In this document: piece by piece, positions 13,219 to 26,114 of the stretch
Layout of the letters: every line of letters begins with the position of its first letter
Position numbering within the stretch: the stretch's first letter is position 1
Origin: Octopus bimaculoides
Lineage: Eukaryota
NCBI RefSeq assembly: GCF_001194135.2
Contig: NC_068986.1
Span: 73,725,570-73,789,569 of the forward strand
Length of the DNA stretch: 64,000 nt
Direction: 5' to 3'
The notes under the pieces: model-generated
What the model saw: the letters and a program-made list of their open reading frames with translations, nothing else
Database searches by the model: none
Told to the model about the DNA's origin: nothing
Program-made: the position numbers and the translations under genes

Positions 13219-13429
13219 AAAGCGGCAAGCTGCCAGAATTGTTAGCACACCAAGCAAAATGCTTAGTGGCATTTTGTCTGTCTTCCTGTTCCGAGTTAAA
13301 ATTCCATTGAGGTTGATTTTGCCTTTCATCGTTTCAAGATCAATAAAATAAGTACTAGCTGAGTACTGGGGGTTGATGTAATTGACTTGCCCCCTCCCCT
13401 GAAATTTCTGGCCTTGTGCCAAAACTTAA
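13219..13429 (+). mobile_element. SINE with Meta/MESC-like core (family M)
   Basis: gttgattttgcctttcatc...gataaaataagtac core; 20-bp target-site duplication aattaatatatctatRcagt at 13199-13218 and 13430-13449. Confidence 0.8.
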
Positions 13430-13639
13430 AATTAATATATCTATACAGTTACATCCATATCATTATATTTAGTCTCTGTGGGATATAAGGCCTTGCTGTT
13501 AAACTGAAGAGAGTTGGAATGAAGATCACACTGGCTAGTGCTTGTCTTCACTCACATCAGAAATCACTGACCTCTGCAGTTTAAACTGCCAAAGTAGCTA
13601 CTTATTGAAAATATATGTACGTTCAGGGGTCTTACAAAT

Positions 13640-13850
13640 ATTTGGTGACCTCACTAGTTGTGGTGTCATGAAAGAAAGTGCACTCAATACACTCTGTAAA
13701 ATGGTTGGTGTTAGGAAGGGAATCTAATGGCAGAGACCATTCCAAAGTAAACACTGGCACTCAATGCATCCCTCTGATTTGTCCGTTACTATTGAACTGT
13801 CCAACCCATACCACCAATGTGAAAGGGACATGAAATGATGATGATGATGA
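13640..13850 (+). mobile_element. Family X retroposon (degraded)
   Basis: ggttggtgttaggaagggaatc...gtccaacccat...(gat)n. Confidence 0.6.
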
Positions 13851-13896
13851 TTGGAAGTACATAAATATTGAACATGAATACATACACACGCACACG

Positions 13897-13903
<7 letters not shown>

Positions 13904-13991
<88 letters not shown>
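13904..13991. repeat. (CA)n microsatellite
   Basis: Long pure CA run. Confidence 0.98.
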
Positions 13992-13995
<4 letters not shown>

Positions 13996-14579
13996 GGAGA
14001 ATTCACAAAAAAAACCAAAAGGCGAAGACAGATGGTGTAGACAACAAACAGATGTATTAGTTTAATGCTTGAGAAGGGAAAAAGTCTTTAACGTTTTGAG
14101 CCTACGCTCTTCCACAGAAAGGAACACAGAAAGAAACAAGGAGAGAAAATAATGTGTAGTGGCTAGCGATCTAAACCAATCTATTACTACTGGAGTTACC
14201 AACACATAACCATTAACCCTGTATCAATGAGGGTGCCTCTAAACCGTCACCTGATGTTGCTGGAGATAGTAGCTAAGTGTCTTTAAATCATATCTTACCT
14301 TTGTAAAGGGAGGAAGGGCATGCAATGATACAGTTTTTATCTATTCTATACTATTCAAGAATGTGGGATCATGGTTGTAATACTTTTGGTAATGGGTCAT
14401 TTGGATAAAAAAATTGACCTGGACTTGAATAACATCTCTTTGGTAATATTCTATTTGACAAAACATGGCTGATGTCAATCATAAGATTACTTATGTCTTT
14501 TCTTGGTAAGATTGGGTTTTTCATTCCAGTTGTTTGGTGTTTAGGAATAAATACAGTCATCATGAGTAATTGTTGCTTT

Positions 14580-14885
14580 TAAATTTTAGCACAAGGTCAG
14601 CAGTTAATATATCTATACAACAATTTTGGAGGTTGGGCTAAATTTTTATTGCTTTTTAATTTGAGATTAAGGCCAACAATTAATATGTCTATGCAGCAAT
14701 TTCATGGGAAGGGTTAAGTTAATTACATTGACCCCAGTACTCAACTGGTACTTATTTCCTCAACCCTGAAAGGATGAAAGATAAAGTCAACCTTGATAGA
14801 ATTTGAACTCAAAACGTAAAGATGGATGAAATGCTGTTAATTATTTTCTCCGTCGTGCTAATGATCCTGCTACCTTGCTGCTTCA
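14580..14885 (-). mobile_element. Family M SINE with locally duplicated tail
   Basis: gaccccagtactcaactggtacttattt...gaaaggatgaaagataaagtcaacc...gaatttgaactc. Confidence 0.75.
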
Positions 14886-15094
14886 TCATAAGTAATTATT
14901 AAGTAGAGAAACAGGAAAACAATATGGTAGTTCAGAAGATTGAATAAAGACTAAAGAAAAAGTAGAATAAAATAAAGAACGAAAAAGGGGCCTATATTTA
15001 TAACAAGCAAATGAGAAAGGAAACAAGCATGGTGAACATTTACATATACAGATATACATTTACATAATAAAACACGTATATGTGTGCGTGTGTT

Positions 15095-15149
<55 letters not shown>

Positions 15150-15382
15150 TATATGTAATCGAAGTAGTATTGTCTTCAATTGCCATCTTTGAATCATACT
15201 TTATCTAAATACATCACAAAGTAAATTTAATAAAGTATTTGGCTGCTGATAATATCTCTTACAAACACGTGTTTAAAAGCATAATATATGTTGGAGGCAG
15301 GTGAAAATTGTCCTAGCAATGGCTGGTTAAAATGCTAGCTGCATTTTTGCCTCATTGAATGTTGGCAATTGCATTTACTCAC

Positions 15383-15471
15383 AGCCAACCGCATGCTAAG
15401 ATGAAATCTGTTACCACTGATACAGGAGAGTAGTAAATGAACAGTCCCTGATGTTGTAAATAGCTACCTAG
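15383..15471 (-). CDS. Candidate internal exon, unknown protein (LGSYLQHQGLFIYYSPVSVVTDFILACGW)
   Basis: Acceptor ttttattcag and donor GCT|gtgagt; a single open frame over 89 nt in unique sequence. No homology recognised. Confidence 0.25.
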
Positions 15472-17124
15472 CTGAATAAAACTCTATTATGCAACAGAAG
15501 CAGAATTAGTTTAAAATAGCCACCTGTGTATTGTACTTAATATAAATACATCCCAATGTTCATTTATGTGTGTGTGTTTATTTATTTATATCTGTATATA
15601 TCATTGCAAATGTGTCATAAGTCCAAAGTGTATTTTCAGAAAATGAAAAAATAGTTTCAGCATTCCATTTATTTTTACATTAACAACAGTTTCAGCTTAA
15701 CAATAATACTTTGCTGGGTGCATAAAATCATAAGTCCATGCATGTAAATTTTCAGTCAGAAATATTTTTGCAAAACTGTCATATGTAGGACTTATTACAC
15801 TTTTGAAAAATGCTAAACTGTTGCACTACATGTTGATAATTTTCATATCATGGCATCTGAAACAGCTGGAGATACGATTGTTTGATCAAAAGAACTGGCT
15901 ATTGCAAGTAAAATGAAATACTGAAAAAGAACATATTTGGCCTTATTTGGACATACGACAGTTTAACATAAAAGCAACAATATGTATAAATGGGGGAAAG
16001 AATAAAATATATTCAATGATTTAAAGTTGATGGTTTATTCTGTAGCCACTCAGAGTTTTTCACTATCTATGATCCTTTGGGTGGCAAAAAATGAAATACC
16101 ATCTTATTAAAAAGACAGATTGGATAATGGTTGATCAAGATACCCTATTCTTGGAGAAACAAAGACGTTGGGTTTTAATGGTTTTAAAGGCTTTGATCAC
16201 GTCATCTCTCTTGAAGCTGACCTAGGGCTAAACAACAAAATCTGTTCTAAAAAATTCAGTTTAATGAGTTATGTAGGGGAGGTTAGAGTCAGTAGCTATG
16301 ACTCTTTTCAGTGTGTTCAAAACTGGTCTGAAGAGAGGAAGTTCTCAGGCTGGAGACATGGTGCTAACACTTGCATCGGATTGACCTCAGCTACACCTCC
16401 CAGACCTCAGGCAACAGTGTTTAACCAAACAATAGAATAAGACTATCTTATAATACATACGCCATATGGTAGCCTTATATCTTCTTCATTTTCTTATCTT
16501 ACCTTTCTTCATTTCTCTCTCTTATATGTTGTGTGTAATCAAGTAATTTTTATAGTTTCTCGCAAATTCTCAAGTATTTCTATATCAATTTAATTAACTT
16601 TGAATTGATAAAAAAACAACAAAAATGATATCCGTTGTTGTTAATGTTGCTAATATATATGAATTTTGAAGACTTACAAATGTCTGGTGAATAGTTTGAT
16701 GTCTTGAATAACACACATAAAGTTGACTTTTCCTTTAATAAATAAATTATTTTTGCTTTGTTTATTTTTCCATATGTTCTACACAACTTGAGTTATGGAT
16801 TCATATATAAATCAACGTGTTTGCATTAGAAACACTTAGTTTTCGCATACATTTTCTTTCTATGATTATTCTCGAATACACACAGCGAAGATTTGTAAGA
16901 CATTCCAAAACTTATCCAACTGAGATTCTTATGTGAATATATGCACACACTTGGGTGTATGCATCACAGGTCAACCAACACATCAACTCAGCCACTTATT
17001 TATAAACACTGGGAACCCTCTTAACTCAAAAAGTCTTGTTGCTTTGCTAGTGAGCAACTTGATCTCTCTTAAGAAGAACTTAAGTTAAACTCAATGAAAA
17101 GTCATACATATTAATGATAATAAT

Positions 17125-17340
17125 AATCCTTTCTAATTTTGGCACAAGGCCAGCAATTTTAGGTGCAGGGGATAGTTGATTATATTGTCCCCAGTGTTCA
17201 GCTAATACTTATTTTATTGACTCTGAAAGGACAAAAGGTGAAGTTGAACCTAGCAGAATTTGAACTTAGAACATGAAGACGGATGAAGTACCACCAAGCA
17301 TTTTAACCAGCATGCTAACAGTTCTGCCAACTTACCACCT
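17125..17340 (-). mobile_element. Family M SINE
   Basis: Reverse-complement core and head; sits next to (TAA)n. Confidence 0.7.
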
Positions 17341-17362
17341 TAATAATAATAATGATAATAAT

Positions 17363-17886
17363 GGTTGCCCTGATGTAATACCAGGTCAGTGGCTCTCATA
17401 GTTTCTGATCTTAATTGATTGAAAATGTTGTTATGTACATGTTTTGTATTAGTGTTAAAGAGGAGCTACTACAAATATTCTGCTCAATGCCACAAATTTG
17501 CTTGTCATTTGTTTGACCTTCACTGGTTGAACATGTCCCTTAGTGGCTGACAATATATACATCTCTGATCATGAGCAGGAGTAGTAGGGGAGTATCATAG
17601 CCATGTGTTGAGAAAGATTTTGGGGGATTTGAATCATTCACCTCTGGAAACATGGATGCTTTGTTGAGCCTTAAACAACCCTTATTTAGGGACCTATTGA
17701 GTGAGATGGGCTACTCAACCTGAAGAAAATTATAACTGGACACCCCCATCCACAAAAAGGTCATGTTTATGTTGATATGAGATCACCATGTTGCACACAT
17801 ATGGTAGTGATACATGTGCCTGGTGTACCCTTATCAGATGGGTAGACATGATGCCACTTTAATAGCATGCACTGCTGTTTCACTCA
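17363..17886 (+). mobile_element. ~525-bp (TAA)n-embedded non-autonomous element (family B)
   Basis: Flanked on both sides by (taa)n; a reverse-complement copy lies at 56841-57368. Confidence 0.75.
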
Positions 17887-17918
17887 ATAATAATAATAAC
17901 AACAACAACAATAATAAT

Positions 17919-18240
17919 AATCCTTTCTATTATAGGCACAAGGCCTGAAATTTTGGGGGAGGGGGCTAGTTGATTACATCAACCCCAGTGTTTCACTGGT
18001 ACTTATTTCATCGACCCTGAAATGATGAAAGGCAATGCTAACCTTGGCGGAATTTGAACTCAGAACATAAGGATGGACAAAATGCCATGAAGCATTTTGC
18101 CCAGCGTGCTAATAATAGTAATCCTTTCTACTAAAGGCACAAAACCTAGAATTTGTGGGGAAGAAGTTAGTCAATTACATCGACCCCAGTATTTGGCTGG
18201 TGCTTATTCTATTGACCCTGAAAGGATGAAATGCAAAGTC
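17919..18240 (-). mobile_element. Two adjacent family M SINE copies
   Basis: Two aatcctttcta...aaggcac...cgaccccagt...gaaag tails at 17919 and 18118. Confidence 0.75.
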
Positions 18241-18303
18241 TTTCCCTTATTATTATTATTATGAATAAAATACAATATTATATTCTCATATCAGCTAATT
18301 TAC

Positions 18304-18435
18304 CAATTGGTTTCATGCAAAGAGATGAGAAATCCCTGGCAATCATTATAGAAGGCTGAGAGGAATGGTACAGCATGGATTCTTTGCCATTTGACCTCTG
18401 GAAGTATCACACACAATTTGCAAGTCATACATCTG
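18304..18435 (-). CDS. Candidate internal exon, unknown protein (RCMTCKLCVILPEVKWQRIHAVPFLSAFYNDCQGFLISLHETN)
   Basis: Strong acceptor ttttttcaatatttttatag(cag) and donor TTG|gtaaat; 132 nt, symmetric phase 2-2, 43 full codons open. No homology recognised. Confidence 0.35.
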
Positions 18436-18709
18436 CTATAAAAATATTGAAAAAACTGGAATGGAATCACCCATTTGTATAATGATGGTTCTTATTTACA
18501 ACTATCACATGCTGTCTAGATAAGAAGAGACATGCATGCATTGCCCTCATATATATTCATGTTTACGCACTCATATATAACAAGTTTCTTTCAGTTTTCA
18601 GCTAGCAAATCTACTATAGTAGAGGACACTTGCCTGAGGTGCTCTGAAAGTGAAACTGAACTCAAAATCCATTGTAATTGGAATGGAAATTTCTTAACTA
18701 TATTGTTAT

Positions 18710-18744
<35 letters not shown>

Positions 18745-18747
<3 letters not shown>

Positions 18748-18920
18748 GCTGGTGGTACGTAAAAAGCATCCAGCACCCTCTGTAAAGTGGTTCATGTTAG
18801 AAAGGGCATCCAGCTATAGAAACCATGCCAAAACAGACAATTGGAGTCTGGCCAGCTCCTGTCAAACTGTCCAACCCATGCCAGCATGGAAAATGGACAT
18901 TAAATGATGATGATGATGAT
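18745..18920 (+). mobile_element. Family X retroposon
   Basis: ggtacgtaaaaagc...gaaagggcatccagctatagaaac...catggaaaatggacattaaatgatgat. Confidence 0.75.
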
Positions 18921-19013
18921 AGGGTGTAAATGCGTATGTATATGTGTGTGTGTATGTATGTATGTATGTATATATATGAGTCAGTAAATGGTGGGGTTGT
19001 GTTAACCACACAT

Positions 19014-20083
19014 GAAGAAATAATAGGAAAATAAAACATAAAAATAATAAGGCCGAATGCTAAACTGAAAGCAATATTTTAATATAGATGTGTATAAGGA
19101 GGATTAAAAAGTTTAAAAAAGATTTCTAATCGGCTTTCCTTGCATGGCAAATTTTCAAGAAGAGGGAGAATGAAAATGTTTTTTGCAGAAAATATAAAAT
19201 AACATATAAAAAAATAAATATACCAATACATTATATTGTCTTTGAGCTTTTAAAGTTCAATGGTAATCCATGTAGATAATTGTTAGAAAGATTAGGATGC
19301 ATGGAATTAAAAGTTGTGTTTAAAAAAGAAGGGCTGAAAGTTTATGTGTTAAGTAGGAAGTGTGGTGTCAAAACAGGAAGTGTATGTAAGGGAAGACAAT
19401 TTTGTGGGTTTTATACTCTTTAGTTGGAGTCCTGGATTCTTTGTCATCAGGAAGTTTATGTCTGTTCTTAGAGAAACAAGAAGTAAATTTATATGTATTT
19501 CATTGGGTAGGCAAGAGAAGGGAATATGGTCATACAAACCCCTCAGTGACCATATTCCCTTCTCTCGCCTGCCCAATGAGATGCATATAAATTTACTTCT
19601 TGTTTCTCTAAGAACAGACATAAACTTCCTGCTGACAAAGAGTTCAGAACTCTAACTAAAGAGTATAAAACCCACAGAATTGTCTTCCCTTACATACACG
19701 TCCTGTTTTGACACCACACTTCCTGCTTAACACATAAGCTTTCAGCCATTTCTTTTTAAACACAACTCTTAATTCCATGCATCCTAGTCTTTCTAACAAT
19801 TACCTACATGGAGTACCATTGAATTTTAAAAGCTCAAAGACAATATAATATATTGGTATATCTATTTTTTTATATATAATTTTTTATTTTCTGCAAAAAA
19901 CATTTTCATTCTCCCTCTTCTTGAAAATTTGTCATGCAATGAAAGCCGGTTAGAAATCCTTTTTAAACTTTTTAATCCTCCTTATACACATCTATATTAA
20001 AACATGCTTTCAGTTTAGCATTCTGCTTTATTAATATTTTTTAGTTTCTTTATATATATATATATATATATATATTATTTCCT
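19014..20083. repeat. ~1-kb near-perfect palindrome (fold-back)
   Basis: Arms ~19025-19532 and 19547-~20050 are reverse complements; 14-nt spacer tacaaacccctcag. Confidence 0.95.
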
Positions 20084-21267
20084 TATAGTCATATACATGC
20101 ATTCTGTACTCAAGATATATATACATACACACACAAATGTATGTATGTATAAAATGTCACCTTTTCATACTCCAGTGTGTGAGGTGTGTGTTTGTGTAGG
20201 TGGAGAGGAGGTGATATTTGACATACATGCATATATACATACATGTGCACATGTATTTCTGTATTTACTAAGGCAATGTGCTAACAAAGACTGATTTGCA
20301 TGTAATACATAGAAGAATTCCTATGTGAGTTTTTATCAATGTTTTACTGCTTGTCCATATGTAGCCTCTGTATTTCATCTTAGTACATGCAATACCTGGA
20401 TTGAAATTTCACCTTTATTTTTCTATTATAGTTCTTATTTCACCATGGGTGTTTTATCCTTTTCTTTTTCTTTTCTTTTGTTTTTTCTTCTCTTAAGTTC
20501 TGTTTTATAAGAACCAACTGGAATCTCTGCAGAATGTCCTTTATCCATTCCTTTGTATATTTATGTGTTTATTTAACATTGGAGAAAGAGATATTTGAAT
20601 GGACAAAAGTGTATAAAGAAATAATAAATCTCAATTCTGAGTGTGAGGTTAAACAGTATGAAATGTTTGAACTTTTTCTTGAGAATGGTCAAGGAACCTA
20701 GAGACATTGTTATAGCACCAAATTTACTTTGAATAAGCATTACTTAAAAAAAAAGTGTAAGGTTAAAAAATTATAACTTGGTAAAGTGCATGATATAAAT
20801 GTAGCATATGGACAATGTTTATAATAATGGATGAGTCCTCAATTCCGGGCTTTATGACAGAGAAGTCTCTGGAATGGTGCAGTTCAAAACATGTTTTCAT
20901 ACAATAGCTCTGAGATGAGTAAGTTGTCATTCTTTGAACTGGTAATATCTTCTGGGTCGTTTCTATCTCTTACATTATATTCAATCTCTTTTACTATTCC
21001 ATTTGTAAAAGAAAAAAAAAGATTTCAGGAAATAAGTGATGCAATGTGTGTATGTGTTTAGGGGTTTACTATCTGTTAATAATATATGCACTAAAGCGAA
21101 TTTATCTCTAAACAAAACATCTATCATCATCATCATCAGCTTCATCATCATCGTCATCATCATCGTTAATGTCACCACTGCTCTTTCATGAGATTTTTCT
21201 GCATCACTTCCTATGTAATTCCCTCTTACATATCAGATAAAGCCACTTCCCACAATGCACTGGAATT

Positions 21268-21663
21268 TCATCTCCTGTGTTCCCTGCATTCACTTTGTTC
21301 TTTGACATGTTGATCTTTTATAGTTTTAGATTCTAAATCATAATTCTGACTTTGGAACATTTTTCTGCTACTCTTTGGCAGATTCTGCTGCAAGTACCAG
21401 GTCATTAGCATATGAATTGTTCCCTTGGTAGTGCTGCAGGCAGCACATTGGTCTCTTAATATAAAATCTAAAAATCCCTCAATGATGACTAAGTGATGAG
21501 TTCTTGGAATTAATTCTCTGGTAATTGATTTCATAGAATCGGCCCTTTTGTTCCTGTTATTTGTGAGGAAACAAGCAGAGATCATGGATGCTGTGACATT
21601 ACTAATTACTAGTCTCATTTTAATTATTTCATCATTTATTCTTGCTAACTTATTTACACCCAC
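21268..21663 (-). other. 131-codon ORF in non-repetitive sequence, function unknown
   Basis: Long ORF not explained by microsatellite or a recognised repeat; the same frame is open for 32 further codons upstream of two close stops. Confidence 0.2.
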
Positions 21664-21853
21664 TCACCAACCCACCTATCTACAGCATATTTGCTGAGAA
21701 GAATTTTTATCTGTGTTCTTTGCTTGTGAGGCATCTGACTGAAATGCCTTTCCATCTAGCAGTTCTGATCCATCTTACATTTCTCTATTTTATTCCTGCC
21801 TTAATGTAGTATGATAAGTGTCACCTAATGGTGTTCAATGTTTCAGTTAACAA

Positions 21854-22254
21854 AGGCGTGGCTGTGTGGTAAGAAGCTTGCTTCCCAACTACAAGCTTTA
21901 GGGTTCAGTCCCACTGTGCGGCACCTTGGGAAAATGTTTTCTACTATAGCTTTGGGTCAACCAAAGCCTTGTGAGTAAATATGGTAGACGGAAACCGAAA
22001 GAAGCCCATTGTATATCTGTATATATCTGTCTTTGTGTCTGTGTTTGTTCCTCCAACCCACTGCTTAGCAACTGGTGCTGGGGTGTTTATGTCCCTGTAA
22101 CTTAGTGGTTTGATAAAAGAGACTGATAGAATAGCAGGTTTTTAAAGAATAAGTACTGAAGTTGATTCATTTGAATAAAAATTCTTCAAGGTGGTGCCCC
22201 AGCATGGTCACAGTTTAATGACTGAAACAAGAAAAAGCTAAAAGATGAAAGATA
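21854..22254 (+). mobile_element. tRNA-headed SINE, family A
   Basis: Full head, core and tail. Confidence 0.85.
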
Positions 22255-22454
22255 AAGGGCCTTTGATCTTCGATGCTTTTCTTCTCCCACCATGTCAAGA
22301 ACATATAATCTTTCAATACTGGATTCCAAACATTACTACAGTAATCATAGAGAAAACAGACTGCGTATATCTCTTAATGCCTTGGTGAGTCACTTTTGTG
22401 TCATTCTATGAAACAGTTGAGATATAAATCTTCTTATAGCTAGGATACTATTGC

Positions 22455-22781
22455 AGGTAACATCTCCGTATAGTTTGCTCCCTATTTCTAGCAAGTAGTT
22501 TCCGCCCTGTTCCCATGCATGTAACATCCTCAGGTAGTCTTTTCTCTATTCTCAACAGGTAACATCTCTTAGTAATCTGCATCCTATTCCCAATAGATAA
22601 CATCCCCAGGTCATCTGTTGCATGATCCCAAGAGATAACATATCCAGATATTCTATCTATTCCTAGTAGAAAACATATCCAGGTTGTCCACTTTTTATTC
22701 CCAGCAAGTAACATTCTCAGATGGTATGTTTCCTATTCACAACAGGTAAAATATGCAGGTAGTTTGTTACCTGTTCTGAAC
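22455..22781. repeat. Degenerate ~38-bp tandem array (~8-9 units)
   Basis: Recurring aggtaacat....cagg.....ctattc motif, mostly at 38-bp spacing. Confidence 0.75.
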
Positions 22782-23781
22782 AACTAAGTTAATCTAAAAT
22801 AAAACGTCCAGACCCATAAACATTACCAGATACTTACAACATATTTCAGCTCATGACTACAGATTACACTTTTTTCATCACTTATTCAAAGGAGAAAGAA
22901 CAGAACCCATGGCATTTTTCAGGGTCTTTGGTATTGGCATTAATGGAAGAAAGGGCAGTATCATTGTATCAGGGACCTTGTCTATAAGTTTGCAATGGAG
23001 AAGGCTCTGTTAAAAGCCTTCAAGGGTCAGGTAGTGATATTAGAATAAGCAATGACATATTAAGTCCACCACTCAGAAGCAGGAACAGTTCCTTTAACGA
23101 GCCTCTGCACAGTTTCCATCTACCAAATTTCTCTCACAAGATTTAGGTGGAAGACACTTGCTAAAGATCATCTGAAAGTGATAATGTGTGTGGTGTCTTT
23201 GTGTCTATGCTTATGCCCCATCACCACTTGACAACTGGTACTGGTGTGTTTATGTCCCTCTAACAACTTTACAGTTCAGCCAAAAAGAGAAAGAGGCCAA
23301 TAGAATAAGTACTAGGATTTGAAGAATAGGTACTGAGTTCAATTCATTTGACTAAAATTCTTCAAGGCATTGCTCCAGCATGGTCACAATCTAGTGACTG
23401 AAACATGGAAAAAATTAAAGTTAGACAACAGAAACTGAAAGAAGCCTGTCGTATATATATAGTATATATATATATATATATATATATCATCATGTTTATA
23501 TCTCATTCTTCTTATTCTTCAAGCATCCAAAATGACGAGACCCCTCTGTCACGAGAACTGATTACTGTACAATGTCCCTTGAAAAGCTAATTTAAATAGC
23601 AAAAACCGGTTGGATTTCACCACATCCATACAATATGTGTATATTTATAAAAAGATATTAAACTATATGAAACGAAGGCATTTCTCTTCTACTTTTTATA
23701 TTTTTTTTACACATATTTTCAACTCATAATTTTGCCACTTGGTGTATACTGAATCTTCAGTATCCTTACACCTTGTATATT

Positions 23782-23850
<69 letters not shown>

Positions 23851-23878
23851 ATGTATGTATGTATGTATGTATATAGAT

Positions 23879-24250
23879 CACCGCCTTGAAAGGTTTCCGT
23901 TGAACAAATCAACTCCAAGACTTATTTGATTTTTAAGCCTATCAGTCTCTTGCTGAACTGCTAAATAACAGGGATATAAACACACCAACACCAGTCATCA
24001 AGTAATGATGGGGGGGGGGCATACACAGACACAAAGACATGCACACACACATATATATATGATGACTGGTGTTGGTCTGTTTATATCCCTGTAATTTATC
24101 AGTCCAGCAAAAGAGACTGATAGAATAAGTACTAGGCTTAAAAATCAAATAAGTCTTGGAGTTGATTTGTTCTACTAAAACCTTTCAAGGCGGTGCTCCA
24201 GCATGGCTGCTGTCAAAAGACTGAAACAAGTAAAAGAATAAAAGAAAAAA
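23879..24250. mobile_element. Family A SINE 3' half with local inverted duplication
   Basis: 23879-24000 (minus) and 24060-24195 (plus) share a private 40-bp variant, taggcttaaaaatcaaataagtcttggagttgatttgttc. Confidence 0.85.
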
Positions 24251-24974
24251 GATCATTGCAATTATCTATGGTTTAGGCCTCAGCAACAGTTGCACTTAAT
24301 CATGGTGCTGGACTTTTGGAGTTAACAAGGCTTTTAATGATTGTTTTCTTAATCAAAATTAATATGGTCATGCCTATATAACTTGTTGAAAATCATTTCG
24401 ATATTCTTGACTGGTATAATACTTAATCCAATTAAGCTTCCATTGACAGTTCCACTGTCATCAATTTCCAATATTAGTGACCTATTTGACCTTTGACTTC
24501 TGACCTTACAAAACAAACCAAAACAACTCTTTACCTACTCAAAACCTGAGAAAAGGAAAATTATCCAATCTGTGAACAGGAAATAAACTATTATTGATCA
24601 TTTATTGATTAGCCTGATATCCAAAATATCCTATCGGTTGAAAAGACAGAAATAATGCATGATTGATGGGGTTTAAACAGGCTTTCTTGATAGGGATGCT
24701 TCAATTTCTTTGATTTTTATTATATATTTTTATTGCATTTCTTCCTCTTTCTTTATCTTTTTTTATTGTGTGAGTTTATATGTATACGCAGAATATGCTG
24801 ATCCTATAGATATTTCAGGAACAATTGTTTTGCTCCATAAATTCTGACCTGAGAACCTAATACAGTGAAATGCTACTCCAGGTTTCGCCATTCCTGTATT
24901 GATAATCAATAATATTAAATTCTGTCAATTTAGATTGAAAACTATCTGTTCTCTGTCAAAGCCTGCTGTTATTA

Positions 24975-25440
24975 TGCATGCATACTTTTATACCTGTAAA
25001 CTATGTATATATACTTCTGTGCCTGTATACTATATTTATATATCTATATGCCATATTTATATACTTTCATAACTATGTAATATATTTATATACTTTGATA
25101 CATATACAATTGTATATGTACTATAGTATCTGTACATGCTATATGTACTATGTACTATATTTCTATACTTCAATACTTTTATAATGATGAACTATATTTA
25201 TGTACTTTGATGCCTATATTATATATATATAAATATATATATATAAGCTTATATAGTGTATTTCTATACTTCTATACCTGTATAATATCTATAAATGCTT
25301 TATAATGATGTACTATATTTGTATGCTTTGATACATATATATATATGCTTATATAGGATATTTCTATATTTCTATACTTCAATGCTATATATAAACACTT
25401 TTATAATGATATACTATATTCATATACTTCTGTACCATAT
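24975..25440. repeat. AT-rich cryptic repeat with ~100-120-bp higher-order units
   Basis: tttataatgat.(t)actatatt recurs at ~25177, 25299 and 25399. Confidence 0.7.
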
Positions 25441-25462
25441 TTAAATATCCCTGAACATATTT

Positions 25463-25658
25463 TTTATTCTTTACTTGTTTCAGTCATTAGACTACAACCG
25501 TCCTGGGGCACTACCTCAAAGAACTTTTAGTCAATGAATTGACCCCAGTACTTAAGTTTTGTTAAGTCTGGTACTTATTCTATTGGTCTCTTTTGTCAAA
25601 CCACTAGCTTACAGGGACATAAACAAACCAACACCAGTTGTCAAGTGAGGGTGGGGGA

Positions 25659-25703
<45 letters not shown>

Positions 25704-25858
25704 CTATGTATGACAGGCTTCTTTCAGTTTCCGCCAATCAAATCCACTCACAAGGATTTGGTCAGTGCAAGGCTATAGTAGAAGACACTTGCCCAGGGTA
25801 TCACACACTGGGACTGAACCTCGAACAACGTGGGTAGGAAGCAAGCTTCTTACCACAT
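25463..25858 (-). mobile_element. tRNA-headed SINE, family A
   Basis: Reverse-complement tail, core and head. Confidence 0.85.
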
Positions 25859-26114
25859 AATATACTATATTTATATCCTTATATTGTATACCTATATACT
25901 CTTATACCTGTCTACTATATTTATTTTCTTCTAAGCCCATATAGTATATTTACATGCTCCTATATCTATCTATTATATTTATATACTATACTAATATATT
26001 TTTATACTATACACCTATATCATACCAGTATACTACAACTATAAATTATGTCAATATACTTCTATAATTCTATATCTATGTTCTTGTGTAATATATACTA
26101 CCCTATATACAAAG

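Noticed and set aside
21450-21590. Nicotinamide riboside kinase-like LVIIEGFL motif
   Set aside because: Similarity is limited to a few residues; downstream residues do not match and there is no P-loop.
22455-22781. CRISPR-like repeat/spacer array
   Set aside because: The context is eukaryotic, units are mutually similar along their length with no unique spacers, and there are no cas genes.
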